From NCBI GenBank assembly GCA_963718615.1, contig OY970368.1, forward strand, positions 1,472,001 to 1,536,000: a DNA stretch of 64,000 bases, given 5' to 3'. The first letter of the stretch is position 1. Every line of letters begins with the position of its first letter. The notes beneath the pieces were generated by a model that worked only from the letters and a program-made list of their open reading frames with translations, was not told where the DNA came from and made no database searches. Positions 21,138-30,402 of the stretch are shown piece after piece. This stretch comes from an uncultured cyanobacterium (GTDB taxonomy: Bacteria; Cyanobacteriota; Cyanobacteriia; PCC-9006; JAAUQQ01). Made by a program: the position numbers and the translations under genes.

Positions 21138-21593
21138 CTAGGGAATGCTTTGGATATGGTCATTCATGGCTTGCAGCGCCGTTAAAGCATTGTCCGATTT
21201 CCCTGCTTTGAGGGCATTGGAAACCTCATCCATGTCTTTTTCAATTGCATCATAGCTGCTGCCAGACTTTTGCTTCACTTGATCTTCCACCGGTTGCCAA
21301 GCGGATTCAAATTTTTCAAACTCCTGCTGAGCTTTCGCAAAATCTTTCAGTTCCACCGCCGCTTTGGTTTGAGCGACCACCGTCGATAAACCTGGATAGC
21401 CCGTGGTGGCTGAGGTGGCTGTTGAAGTCGTTGCTGAACTGGCAGTGGTCGCTGGACTGGTCATGGTGTCAGGAGCCTGGGCCTGGGGTTGCTGGGCACA
21501 TCCCACCAAAAGCACTAGGGCAATCAGACCCGTGCCAATACCCGTGCCAATACCTGTGCCAATCTCCTTACCCAGAAAAGCGTTGAGTCGCAT
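21138..21593 (-). CDS. Lipoprotein, DUF4363-like helical bundle
   Basis: Lipobox LVGC, Ser/Thr linker, FESAWQPVEDQVK...YDAIE. Confidence 0.65.
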   Translation of the reverse strand: MRLNAFLGKEIGTGIGTGIGTGLIALVLLVGCAQQPQAQAPDTMTSPATTASSATTSTATSATTGYPGLSTVVAQTKAAVELKDFAKAQQEFEKFESAWQPVEDQVKQKSGSSYDAIEKDMDEVSNALKAGKSDNALTALQAMNDHIQSIP

Positions 21594-21681
21594 AGCTAAT
21601 CCTTTGAAGTCTTAATGATCTGTGAATGTTCACAGCCTAAGGGAGGGCTGGTAAAAAACTCGGAAAGATCCTGAGCTTTTG

Positions 21682-23097
21682 TTACACGGTTGGCAGACTA
21701 ATCTGGAAACAACTGCCTTGGCCCAGCCGACTCTGCACCGTAATCTCTCCTTGGTGGCGATGGGCGATGACCTGGGCGATCGCCAATCCCAGCCCTGTAC
21801 CGCCCTCCCGATAGGCGCGAGCCTGGTCTGCTCGCCAGAACCGATCGAAGACATGGGCTAAATGTTCAGGCTCAATACCAATACCTGTGTCCTTAACCTG
21901 AAGGGTGACCCAGGGGCCATCGACTTGAACCGCCAGTGTAATTTGGCCCCCACTGGGAGTATATTGCAGCGCATTGGCAATCAGATTTCCCAGCAGGCGC
22001 TTGAGCTGAGAGGGATTGCCGACAATGGAGGCTGGGGTGCGAATATTGGCCACAAACTCAATTTGCTGCTGTTCCGCCTGAAGCAGAAATTGATCCACCA
22101 GTTCCTCCAGCAACTCTTCCACCGGAATGATCGTCCCCTGGGAGATCCCTGGGCGTTCGCGATCGCTTCTGGCCAACCAGAGCAAATCATCAATCAATTG
22201 TCCCATTTGGCCCGTGGCGCTGGCGATCGCTGCAAGTTTTTCCTGATCCGATGGTTCTAGGCTGCCTGCACGACTTTGCAGCACTTCCGTTGAAAGCTTG
22301 ATCGCCGTCAGGGGATTGCGCAGTTCGTGGGAGGCATCGGCGGTAAACTGCTTGAGCTGTTCTAGGCTGCGGGCGATCGGCTGGAGCGACTGCCGGGTGA
22401 GCCACCAACTGCCCAGGCCCGAGAGGACTAGCGCCAAAAGACTCCCCGATTGTAGGCCCAAGCGGAGCCGCTTGAGTTCTTCCTGGGTTGCTCGACTGGA
22501 CTCGCTAACGCGGACATAGCCGATCAGGCTGAGCGTCTTAGCGTCAAGGGTCTTTTGATAGGCCGGGAGGGTGAGGACATGCAGCTGATCGTCCTGGGGG
22601 CGATCGCCCTCTTGCTCCAAGAACGCTTCGTCTGGGCGCTCCAGACCGGTCCCCTGGAGCTTCTGTTGAGAGGCAGGTTGAGAAGTAACTTGAGAAGCAG
22701 GTTGAGAGGCAAAAATCGACCCCGATCGCCCTAGCAGCTGCCCCTTTTCATCAAACCATTCCAATCCCTGTTCCGCCTGTTGAAGCGATTGCCAAGGTAA
22801 ATCCAGATCCCCATCGTCATCGAGTTGTTTGGAATTCGATGGATTAAAATTCGATGGATGGATGCGATTCGGATTGGCTTTAATCTCCGCCAAACTGTGA
22901 ATCGCTGCATCTCCCAAGAGTTTGAGCCGCCGGTCCGCTCGACGCTCTAGGGTATGGGCAACAACTTGATAGACCACGAGTGAAAAAACAATTACCGTAC
23001 AGCAGATCACCCCTAGGGATGACAACAGCAGTCGCCAGCCTAAGGTGCTGAGCAGTGGATTGGTTGCAAAGGGAGACCAGGTTTTTACCAATTTCAT
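21682..23097 (-). CDS. Membrane sensor histidine kinase (OmpR-partner class)
   Basis: Two TMs; H-box FTADASHELRNP; N, G1 (DTGIGI), F and G2 (GTGLGL) boxes. Confidence 0.93.
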   Translation of the reverse strand: MKLVKTWSPFATNPLLSTLGWRLLLSSLGVICCTVIVFSLVVYQVVAHTLERRADRRLKLLGDAAIHSLAEIKANPNRIHPSNFNPSNSKQLDDDGDLDLPWQSLQQAEQGLEWFDEKGQLLGRSGSIFASQPASQVTSQPASQQKLQGTGLERPDEAFLEQEGDRPQDDQLHVLTLPAYQKTLDAKTLSLIGYVRVSESSRATQEELKRLRLGLQSGSLLALVLSGLGSWWLTRQSLQPIARSLEQLKQFTADASHELRNPLTAIKLSTEVLQSRAGSLEPSDQEKLAAIASATGQMGQLIDDLLWLARSDRERPGISQGTIIPVEELLEELVDQFLLQAEQQQIEFVANIRTPASIVGNPSQLKRLLGNLIANALQYTPSGGQITLAVQVDGPWVTLQVKDTGIGIEPEHLAHVFDRFWRADQARAYREGGTGLGLAIAQVIAHRHQGEITVQSRLGQGSCFQISLPTV

Positions 23098-23109
23098 GAT
23101 CGACCTGGG

Positions 23110-23781
23110 TTAGTGAGGTTTGAGGCGATATCCCACGCCATAAACGGTTTCAATCAGCTCCGGAGCCCCGGCTGCGGCAAGTTTTTGACGGAGCGATCGC
23201 AGATGCACTTTCACCGTTTCTGCCCCTGGCGGATCCACCGAAGACCACAACTGCTCCACAATCATACTGCGACTCAGCGTCCGCTGGGGCTGACGTAGGA
23301 AGAGTTCGAGCAGCTGATATTCTTTAGGCGTGAGCTGCAGGGAATGGGGGCCATAAACAACGATTTTGCTGCCAGGGTCTAACTGCAATTGTCCCCAGGA
23401 TAGAACCGGAGGTAAGCTCAGATTACTACGCCGCAAAAGCGCCCGAATTCGGGCCAGAAGTTCGGTGAGTTCGAAGGGCTTAACCACATAATCATCGGCT
23501 CCAGCGTCAAGACCCATGACTTTATCGGTACTGGTATCTTTGGCGGTCAGCAGGAGCACTGGCGTTTGCAACCCTTTTTGGCGCAGTCGCTGACAGAACT
23601 GAATGCCATCGAGCTTCGGCAACATCCAATCTAGCAAAATCAAGCTGTACTCATAAACCTCAACGAAGTCCCAACCCGCTTCACCATCATGGGCCACATC
23701 AACCGCGTAGAGCTGCGCCGTCAGGGCTTCTGCCAGCGCTTTTGTAATTCGTTCGTCATCTTCAACGATCAAGATTTTCAT
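23110..23781 (-). CDS. OmpR-family response regulator
   Basis: Receiver domain (EDD, LDWMLP, KPF) plus winged helix (IETVYGVGY). Confidence 0.95.
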   Translation of the reverse strand: MKILIVEDDERITKALAEALTAQLYAVDVAHDGEAGWDFVEVYEYSLILLDWMLPKLDGIQFCQRLRQKGLQTPVLLLTAKDTSTDKVMGLDAGADDYVVKPFELTELLARIRALLRRSNLSLPPVLSWGQLQLDPGSKIVVYGPHSLQLTPKEYQLLELFLRQPQRTLSRSMIVEQLWSSVDPPGAETVKVHLRSLRQKLAAAGAPELIETVYGVGYRLKPH

Positions 23782-23917
23782 AGAAAAATTTTTACCATGG
23801 TCTTCACGCTTCTAGAGGAGTTCTAGGTTTGATTCTAGGCCAGCCCCCGGTCTGGGCAATCTAAGGGAGGTGAGGGTGCAGCGAATTTCGTTAGTTACTG
23901 AAGCTTACGTCGCTGCA

Positions 23918-25309
23918 ATGATAGGTAATTTTAAGGAGTGGGTTCCTGCGGGAGCCTGGAAGGGACTACTTGCCCTCGCCCTCGTGGGGGGCGGCATGGT
24001 CTATTGGGGACGAACTGCGTCTGAGGGGACTAACGGGGCTAACCCGTCTGGCGATCGCCCCCCTAAAACAGCGCTACGGGCCACAGCGCTGCGGGCCAAG
24101 GTATTGGAGAACCTTAATCGCGATCGCCAAAACCAAGGTCTTTCCCCCCTGACCCCGGATCCTCGCCTTGACCGCGAAGCCCAAACCTACGCCGAGGCGA
24201 TCGCTCAGGGAATCCATGACCGGGGCGATCGCGAGAATTCCCCTAACCTCAATGACACCCACTTTGGCTTTGGCCTTGCCACAAACCCTAAAACGGGTGA
24301 CTTCTATGTGGTGCAACTTCTGAGCGGTCCAGCGGTTGATCGGCTGTTGCCTGTGGAACTTCCGGCAAGACCCCCGGCAAGACTTCCGGCAGGACGCCCT
24401 GGGGCCGATCCCTTCCGCGATGCCGTCAATACAGCCATGGCAGCGGCCAAGCTGACGCAAACCGCTAAAACCCAAGCAGAATGGGCGACTGTGGTGGAAC
24501 ATTGGACAGTGGCGATCGCCCAAATGCAAGCCGTCCCGACCCAGCATCCCCGCTATGGGGTAGCGCAGCACAAAGCCAAGGAATATACCAATAATCTCAA
24601 CTATGCCGAGAAAAATGCCGAGAAAAATGCTGATGCCCAGAATAAGACTGGGACGGCTCTGGGTCTGCCAGCCACATCTGTTTCTCCAGCCTCTGGCTCC
24701 GGCCATGGGTTCCCCGATGCCTCTCAGTCTTCATCACAATCCCCAGGACTTGCCATTGCCCAAGCGGGAGGAGATGTTGATGCATCCTTCTTACCTGGTT
24801 CTACAAATCCCTCCTCTTGGTTGATTAGCTTGGTCGGTGGCGGATTTCTGGTCTTGGTCATGACCGCAGGCCCCTTGGGTCTTTTTGAACGGCGGGGAAA
24901 GGGCGATTTAGATGGTCAAACATCTTTCTCTCCTTCTAGAAATTCTAGAGATTCTGCAAGTTCTGCAAAATTATCCTGGAAACCCACCTTCTCCAACCCC
25001 ATTCAAGATTGGTTGGAATCTCAGTCGTTTTTCCCCTTCAGTCGTCACCACAACGGTTCCTCAACGGCTTCTGCCCATCAGCTGCAGCGCAAGCTTTATC
25101 GGCGTCTGTTGACCTTGACGAAGGACCAGGCGATCGCCATGCATCTGATCAAAGAAAACCTGCGCCGCCACCCCAAAAAATCCGTCAACTGGTGTTGTGA
25201 GCAGGCCATTCGCGATTTGGAAAAGCAACGGCAGCGTGAGGAACAGCTCAAACTGCCGCCCCGTCCGCCTCTTGCGGAGGAACCACCGGAGACTTCTGGC
25301 TGGGGATAG
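23918..25309 (+). CDS. Hypothetical membrane/exported protein with a partial CAP/SCP-like segment and a helical repeat domain
   Basis: N-terminal TM; LNRDRQNQGLSPL...THFGFG...YVVQL resembles the two ends of a CAP domain with the middle missing; a W...AIAQMQAVP...AQHKAKEY helical motif and a second TM follow. Start uncertain (23870 or 23918). Confidence 0.6.
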   Translation: MIGNFKEWVPAGAWKGLLALALVGGGMVYWGRTASEGTNGANPSGDRPPKTALRATALRAKVLENLNRDRQNQGLSPLTPDPRLDREAQTYAEAIAQGIHDRGDRENSPNLNDTHFGFGLATNPKTGDFYVVQLLSGPAVDRLLPVELPARPPARLPAGRPGADPFRDAVNTAMAAAKLTQTAKTQAEWATVVEHWTVAIAQMQAVPTQHPRYGVAQHKAKEYTNNLNYAEKNAEKNADAQNKTGTALGLPATSVSPASGSGHGFPDASQSSSQSPGLAIAQAGGDVDASFLPGSTNPSSWLISLVGGGFLVLVMTAGPLGLFERRGKGDLDGQTSFSPSRNSRDSASSAKLSWKPTFSNPIQDWLESQSFFPFSRHHNGSSTASAHQLQRKLYRRLLTLTKDQAIAMHLIKENLRRHPKKSVNWCCEQAIRDLEKQRQREEQLKLPPRPPLAEEPPETSGWG

Positions 25310-25380
25310 AGCCCGCGAGGGAAAGGGGACGTTATCCTAGACCTCAGACTTTATCTTGAACAGATCCCGAGATCCCGCCC

Positions 25381-26052
25381 ATGGCTCCCTTTGACGATCG
25401 CGATTCAACCCAGCCCCAGCCTCCTACGGACCCCTTTGCCGCTGCCGGGGAAGCGGCCCATCAGGCCCTGCAAGACGCCACCGAATTTTTAGGCAAAGGG
25501 GTTGAACCCTTAGCTAGTAGCCCCTTTATGGATTGGGTTGCTCGGTTTCCCGGCATGGGATGGATTTTGGCGGCCCTGGGGCGGGTCAATACGGCCAAAA
25601 TTACGGCGGAGGTGGCGCAACTGCGTGCTGACCATCCCCTGGAAACTGCGGCGGAACTGAGCGATCGCATCATCAAAAGCGCCGCCCTCACCGCAGGCAG
25701 CATCGGTCTATTGACTAACTTTGTTCCTCCGTTGGCGCTGACGCTCTTTGCGGTGGATCTATTAGCGGTGGCGATGCTGCAAGCCGAAATGATTTACCGA
25801 GTGGCGGCGGCCTACGGTTTTTCCCTCCAAGATCCCGCCCGTCGAGGAGAAGTGTTAACGATTTTTGGCTTTTCCCTGGCGGCTTCTAGTGCGATTAAAA
25901 CAGGGCTGAGCGTGGTGGAGATGGTTCCTGTGGTTGGCACAGCGTTGGGGGCCACGAGCAACGCAGCCTTGATCTACACCTTGGGCAATGCCGCCAAACA
26001 GTTCTATGCCGGGAAGGCCAACAAGATTCCGGTGACGACCCCCGACGTCTAG
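25381..26052 (+). CDS. EcsC/DUF697-like membrane protein
   Basis: Motifs LQAEMIYRVAAAYG...DPARRGE and VPVVG. Confidence 0.7.
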   Translation: MAPFDDRDSTQPQPPTDPFAAAGEAAHQALQDATEFLGKGVEPLASSPFMDWVARFPGMGWILAALGRVNTAKITAEVAQLRADHPLETAAELSDRIIKSAALTAGSIGLLTNFVPPLALTLFAVDLLAVAMLQAEMIYRVAAAYGFSLQDPARRGEVLTIFGFSLAASSAIKTGLSVVEMVPVVGTALGATSNAALIYTLGNAAKQFYAGKANKIPVTTPDV

Positions 26053-26084
26053 CTCAACCCGCTCAACCCGATCCGCTCAATCCG

Positions 26085-26492
26085 CTAGGTCAACGCCTTA
26101 CTCAAAATCCCCACGACTTGTCCGCCAGCCTTGGTTTGGGCAAAGCTGAGAATGGTTGGCATGAATTTAGAAATCATGCTGGGATCCATGCCGAGTTTGG
26201 AGAAGCCTGCTGCGAGGCCAATCATATTGGTGACATTGCTGGCCGCGCCTCCGGCCTTGCCCCCCATGCCGCCGGCCAGTCCGCCTAGGGCTCCCATGAG
26301 TCCACCTCCCCCTTTCTTTTCGCTGGGAGCGGCTTGGAGCAGTTCCTGGACACCGGGCAGAGCCTGAGCCACTTGGGCAAATTCATGGTCTTCAAGTTTT
26401 GCCTTGGCCATTTGCATGATCAAGCCTGCGCCGCCTTTGGCCTGTTCTTCCTGGACGCCAAGACTTTGGACGAGATGCTGAACGAGTTCCAT
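26085..26492 (-). CDS. DUF2780-family protein
   Basis: MELVQHLVQSLGV..QAKGGAG; FSKLGMDPSMISKF. Confidence 0.7.
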   Translation of the reverse strand: MELVQHLVQSLGVQEEQAKGGAGLIMQMAKAKLEDHEFAQVAQALPGVQELLQAAPSEKKGGGGLMGALGGLAGGMGGKAGGAASNVTNMIGLAAGFSKLGMDPSMISKFMPTILSFAQTKAGGQVVGILSKALT

Positions 26493-26611
26493 GGGAGTTT
26501 CCTGGAGTTCTTGGGTTGGTATTGTTAGTCTACTGCTTTTACTTTGATAAGGTTTATCGATCGTTACGGGGCGTTACGGGGTGATGACGAGATTAAGGGA
26601 CGGCATAGGCG

Positions 26612-27028
26612 CTAATCCCATTCAACTTTGCCCCGGTTGGCTTTGAGATGCGATCGCTTGGTTTTGCTATCTAGGCGTTTTTTCTGAGCGGTTTTGCTAG
26701 GTTTGGTGGGTCTACGGGCTTTCTGGACAACCATCACGCTTTGAATCAGCAATTTTAGCCGAGCCAGGGCGGCTTCTTTGTTTTTCTCTTGGGTGCGGTG
26801 TTCTTGGGATTTCAGGACGATCACGCCGTCTTTGGTGATGCGTTTGTCGTTGAGGGCAAGGAGTTTGGTTTTGTAATAGTCGGGGAGGGAGGAGGCGTGG
26901 ATATCGAAGCGCAGATGAATTGCGGTTGCAACTTTATTAACGTTTTGCCCCCCGGCTCCCTGGGCGCGGACGGCGTTGAGTTCGATTTCGGTTTCTGGCA
27001 GGGCGACGGTTTTGGAAATGCGCAGCAT
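26612..27028 (-). CDS. arfB: Alternative ribosome-rescue factor B (YaeJ)
   Basis: GAGGQNVNK (GGQ) motif and a basic C-terminal tail. Confidence 0.95.
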   Translation of the reverse strand: MLRISKTVALPETEIELNAVRAQGAGGQNVNKVATAIHLRFDIHASSLPDYYKTKLLALNDKRITKDGVIVLKSQEHRTQEKNKEAALARLKLLIQSVMVVQKARRPTKPSKTAQKKRLDSKTKRSHLKANRGKVEWD

Positions 27029-27174
27029 GGTAATACTGTAACGGACTTAGGGTGGGGTTGAGCCGATAAGACCGCCAGCATGATGTGAGGCTGTCGCTGT
27101 TTCAGCAACAAAACCTGCCTTGGCGATCGCCCATCCCCCAAATCCCATTCCCCATCGGTCGCGTGGATCATGAT

Positions 27175-27238
27175 GGGCGGGTTTTGGCGTTAAATTTGTG
27201 GGGAGTCGTCAATGATTGTTTGCTAAACCCGCCCCTAC
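27175..27238. repeat. REP-like long hairpin (GGGCGGGTTT...AAACCCGCCC-CTAC)
   Basis: Inverted arms with a CTAC foot. Confidence 0.6.
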
Positions 27239-27252
27239 GGGACGCTGAACCG

Positions 27253-27690
27253 ATGAACCCACCCATGGACAAACCCACGAACCAAACTGAACTCCTCCGA
27301 CTCATCGACCAGGCGGCGGCGGGCTGGACGGAGCTGGATTTGGCGGGGTTGGGGTTAACGGAGTTGCCGGAGGCGTTGGGGCGGTTGGTGACGTTGGAGC
27401 GGTTGGTTTTGGGGAAGTTAGATGAGGAGAAGGGAGAATGGGTGGGGAATGGGTTGGTGGAGTTGCCGGGGTGGATTGGGCGGTTGGAGAATTTGCGGGT
27501 GTTGGAGGCGAGGTATAACAAGTTTGAGTTTTTTTCCCAGAGGCGATCGCGCAGGTCCAAAACCTTCAGACACTCTATTTATTCAACAACTAAATCCCGG
27601 AGATATCCGAAAAGATCGCACGACTTCACAATCTTTAAGCACTTGATTTAGTTAACAAAAAATCACGGATACACCTCAGGCGATCGCAGT
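27253..27690 (+). pseudogene. N-terminal LRR fragment of a Roco (LRR-Roc-COR) protein
   Basis: ELLRLIDQAAAGWTELDLAGLGLTELPEALGRLVTLERLVLG is a typical cyanobacterial Roco start. There is a frameshift in the T7 run at 27529-27535, then PEAIAQVQNLQTLYLFNN*IPEISEKIARLHNL*ALDL with TAA at 27591 and 27636. Confidence 0.8.
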
Positions 27691-27694
27691 ATAG

Positions 27695-28600
27695 CTAAAC
27701 ATGAAGGATTGCCTTCAAATAAGCATCAGCTTTATTTATGGCTTCGTTGCTTGATTGAGACAATTCGTCACGAAATTCTTCTGCGCTAGATACATCTCTA
27801 AGAACAGTCAATGCTTGTAGAAATTCAGAGTTTAGATTGTCATCTAATAAATTAAACTCTATGTCTATCAAGCAATCTCGAATTGCATAACGTAAATCGT
27901 TTAAAGTCTGCTCCCCATCTTTGATCAACCCTTCTATGCTTGACACAACAGTTTCATAGTCTGAAGTGGTTGGCTTGACTTCTCTCTCAGTAGTTACTGC
28001 ATAGGCTTTTACCCTTAAACCTTCTTCTTGCTTTCGCATTATTTTCATTGACTTCTTTACACTACTATACCTTCTAAGCATTGAGCCAATGTTATTGTAA
28101 ATTTGGAAATGTGTATGATTTTCTGAGGGAATCATCAGATTATCAATATTAAAACTATCTGTCTTTATACTTACACTGTAAGCTTTAGAATCTAGGTTAG
28201 ACGGGAGAGATACTAAATAAGCTTGTATATTATCCTTGTTTTGAAAGCAAAAAGGGAAAATCTCCTTATGTCCTTCGCTAGTTTTAAATAAGGCAAAGCC
28301 TATATCCTCCATTTTTTTTACTTTCCGATCTCTGTCTGTCTCGGTCCAAACCACTGAAGCTATGGCTACAAGAGAAGTTATTAATAGAAATTTTAAAAGA
28401 TACCCGGTCCCTGTCAGTAGCAGTTTTAGAAAGTGATCAAAGACTAGAAAAGGAATATGGAGAATGTAGTTAATCAATGAAATTAGTGCATTACCAGCAA
28501 AAACCGACAGTGAAATTAGTGTGCTACCAACAAAAGTTGACATTGCAGCAATAAGGACCAAACAAAGAAGTGTTAGAAATAAGTTTGCCATCATTTTCAA
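27695..28600 (-). CDS. Orphan AT-rich membrane protein (N-terminal TMs, helical C-terminus)
   Basis: Intact 301-aa ORF; low GC; no HIP1; no family recognised. Confidence 0.65.
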   Translation of the reverse strand: MKMMANLFLTLLCLVLIAAMSTFVGSTLISLSVFAGNALISLINYILHIPFLVFDHFLKLLLTGTGYLLKFLLITSLVAIASVVWTETDRDRKVKKMEDIGFALFKTSEGHKEIFPFCFQNKDNIQAYLVSLPSNLDSKAYSVSIKTDSFNIDNLMIPSENHTHFQIYNNIGSMLRRYSSVKKSMKIMRKQEEGLRVKAYAVTTEREVKPTTSDYETVVSSIEGLIKDGEQTLNDLRYAIRDCLIDIEFNLLDDNLNSEFLQALTVLRDVSSAEEFRDELSQSSNEAINKADAYLKAILHV

Positions 28601-28658
28601 TTTGAGTTAAATACAAAAGCTCTTTTCTTTTTGATATTCGTAAAGCGATTGAGAAATA

Positions 28659-29518
28659 GGTAGTCTACTTTAGTAAAGGATGGAGAAAATATCATTGGGC
28701 TGGTTGTTCAGCATCTTTATCTCTGATTAGACGGTTGTACTCATGAATGAAATTCCAAATTGCACCGATATAATTGTCCAGCTTCTTCGAGAAAGACAAG
28801 GTTTTTCTCACTAGGCGCAAAACCCTCTGCCTCAGAGTGTTGTTGAATCTTTCTATGTAGCTGGTCAATCCACTGTCTTTGCCGACGGCACGATGACGCT
28901 TCGCTGGAATCACACTCTCGTAGGCTTCTCCAAAATCCGTATAGACCGTGGCACATTGCCGATACACACTCGGCAAGGATTGCCATAACGCCCTAGCTGA
29001 GTCTCGGGAAGGGTCGCCGATGTGACAGCCAATCACCTCTCGGGTATCAGCATCCAGGGCTAGCCAGACCCATTGCTTGTTGCCCTTATGGTCCACAAAC
29101 GACCATAGCTCATCCATTTGCACCCTCAGCTTTCCTTTTGCTTTGGGCAGCACCTCTGCCTTTTGAGGCACCGCTTTATAGTATTTATTGACGTAATCTT
29201 GCAGCCAACTACTCGAAACGCCCGGCGCTCTAGCAATCCCTGCCAGTGGAATTTTCTCTAGCAACAGCAGGTTGATCAAACTCTGGGTATCTTTGTCTTT
29301 CGGCTTCCACTGGGGGTCTTCGACAAACTGTCGGTTGCAGTCTCGGCATTTGTAGTTTTGTTTGCCTCGGCGGGTTGTGCCGTTCTTGGAAATGTCGTGG
29401 GAGCCACAGGTGGGGCAAGTACGTTCTATGGTCATCTTTTCCTTTCTCCTACAACCGCTCCTGGTTTCTACAACAGCTTTTCCTTGTTTTCCTTTATCCT
29501 TTACACAAAGGCGTTACC
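28659..29518 (-). mobile_element. IS1-family insertion sequence (860 bp)
   Basis: Imperfect inverted repeats GGTA...GTAAAGGAT at both ends; flanks GAGAAATA and CAGAAATA match at 7 of 8 positions. Confidence 0.88.
28692..29435 (-). CDS. IS1 transposase, InsA-InsB in a single frame
   Basis: CPTC...YKCRDC zinc ribbon, HTH and MDELWSFVDHKGNKQWVW DDE region in one 247-aa ORF. Confidence 0.9.
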   Translation of the reverse strand: MTIERTCPTCGSHDISKNGTTRRGKQNYKCRDCNRQFVEDPQWKPKDKDTQSLINLLLLEKIPLAGIARAPGVSSSWLQDYVNKYYKAVPQKAEVLPKAKGKLRVQMDELWSFVDHKGNKQWVWLALDADTREVIGCHIGDPSRDSARALWQSLPSVYRQCATVYTDFGEAYESVIPAKRHRAVGKDSGLTSYIERFNNTLRQRVLRLVRKTLSFSKKLDNYIGAIWNFIHEYNRLIRDKDAEQPAQ

Positions 29519-29899
29519 CAGAAATATAGTTTTCTATGATTGACAAGGTAAGAGTATCGATTAAAATTCTTTCACCGCAAGAATGATTGTCATCTCACGG
29601 CTCAGGGATTCAGGAAATGCTATGGTTTTTCTATGATAGATGGGGTACAGGATAATGCTTGAAACCTTCATAAGGCAAAGAACTTCTGTATCTCACCAGA
29701 CTGGGAAACTCTATATAAGAACTTCTTGCGTCAATCGAGCTTTTGAGCGTAACAACAAGGTTTCCAGTCGTCGGAGCAACATTTGAGTAAGAGAGCTAAG
29801 ATATTCATTATTTTAAGGATTCCATGCTTACAAGGGTTTGAGTTCAGTATTTTTAGGTAATTTCAGTAGATTATAAATCTTCAATAGTCCGGATGCTTT

Positions 29900-30014
29900 T
29901 CTAGGCAAACGCTGAAACCCTTGATTTCTCGTCGGCTAGACAACCTTGGAAGAAGGCTAGGATCCTCATTCTACCGTTGGCTCCTAAAAACTGTCCAATG
30001 CAGAAAAACGTTAG
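29900..30014 (-). mobile_element. Probable solitary IS end (IS4-like) abutting the COR remnant
   Basis: The minus strand reads CTAACGTTTTTCTGCATTGGACAGTTTTTAGG..., which resembles cyanobacterial IS termini as I recall them. It ends where COR-like coding sequence starts. No partner end or transposase was seen. Confidence 0.35.
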
Positions 30015-30402
30015 CAGATCTAGCACCCGCCGCGTTTTCCTCAGCATCCTGCGCCACAGCTTCGCCAAAATCCACAGCGCCTTCGCCAACCCTGACGACA
30101 TCACCGAATGGGTTCCCGTCCCCGGCCATCCCAATGCCGACCCGTTGGAATACAAAGAACTACTGGGCCTAGAGGAAATGGGCGAAACCACCGTGCTGAT
30201 CGGTAAACTCAAGCTACGGCTCGACTTGCGCCAACTGCTCGACGGCTACGAAGCGCGGGAATCACGACAGCAGCGGCAGTATCGGGACCGCATGGGAATT
30301 CATATGCCCGTAAATGTGGAGGTGAATCCGGTTTTTCAGATGGGTGAGGGGGATAATTTTGGGGGCGATCAAATTCGCGGCAACAAGATCTCAGGTCAAT
30401 GA
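30013..30402 (+). pseudogene. C-terminal COR-domain fragment of a Roco protein
   Basis: STRRVFLSILRHSFAKIH...EWVPVPGHP...LEYKELLGLEEMGE...LRQLLDGYE is the cyanobacterial COR tail. Its stop overlaps the next start (ATGA). Confidence 0.75.

Noticed and set aside
27085-27651. Intact 188-aa protein
   Set aside because: The N-terminus runs through a REP element and the C-terminus is out of frame with the LRR, so it is a pseudogene fragment.
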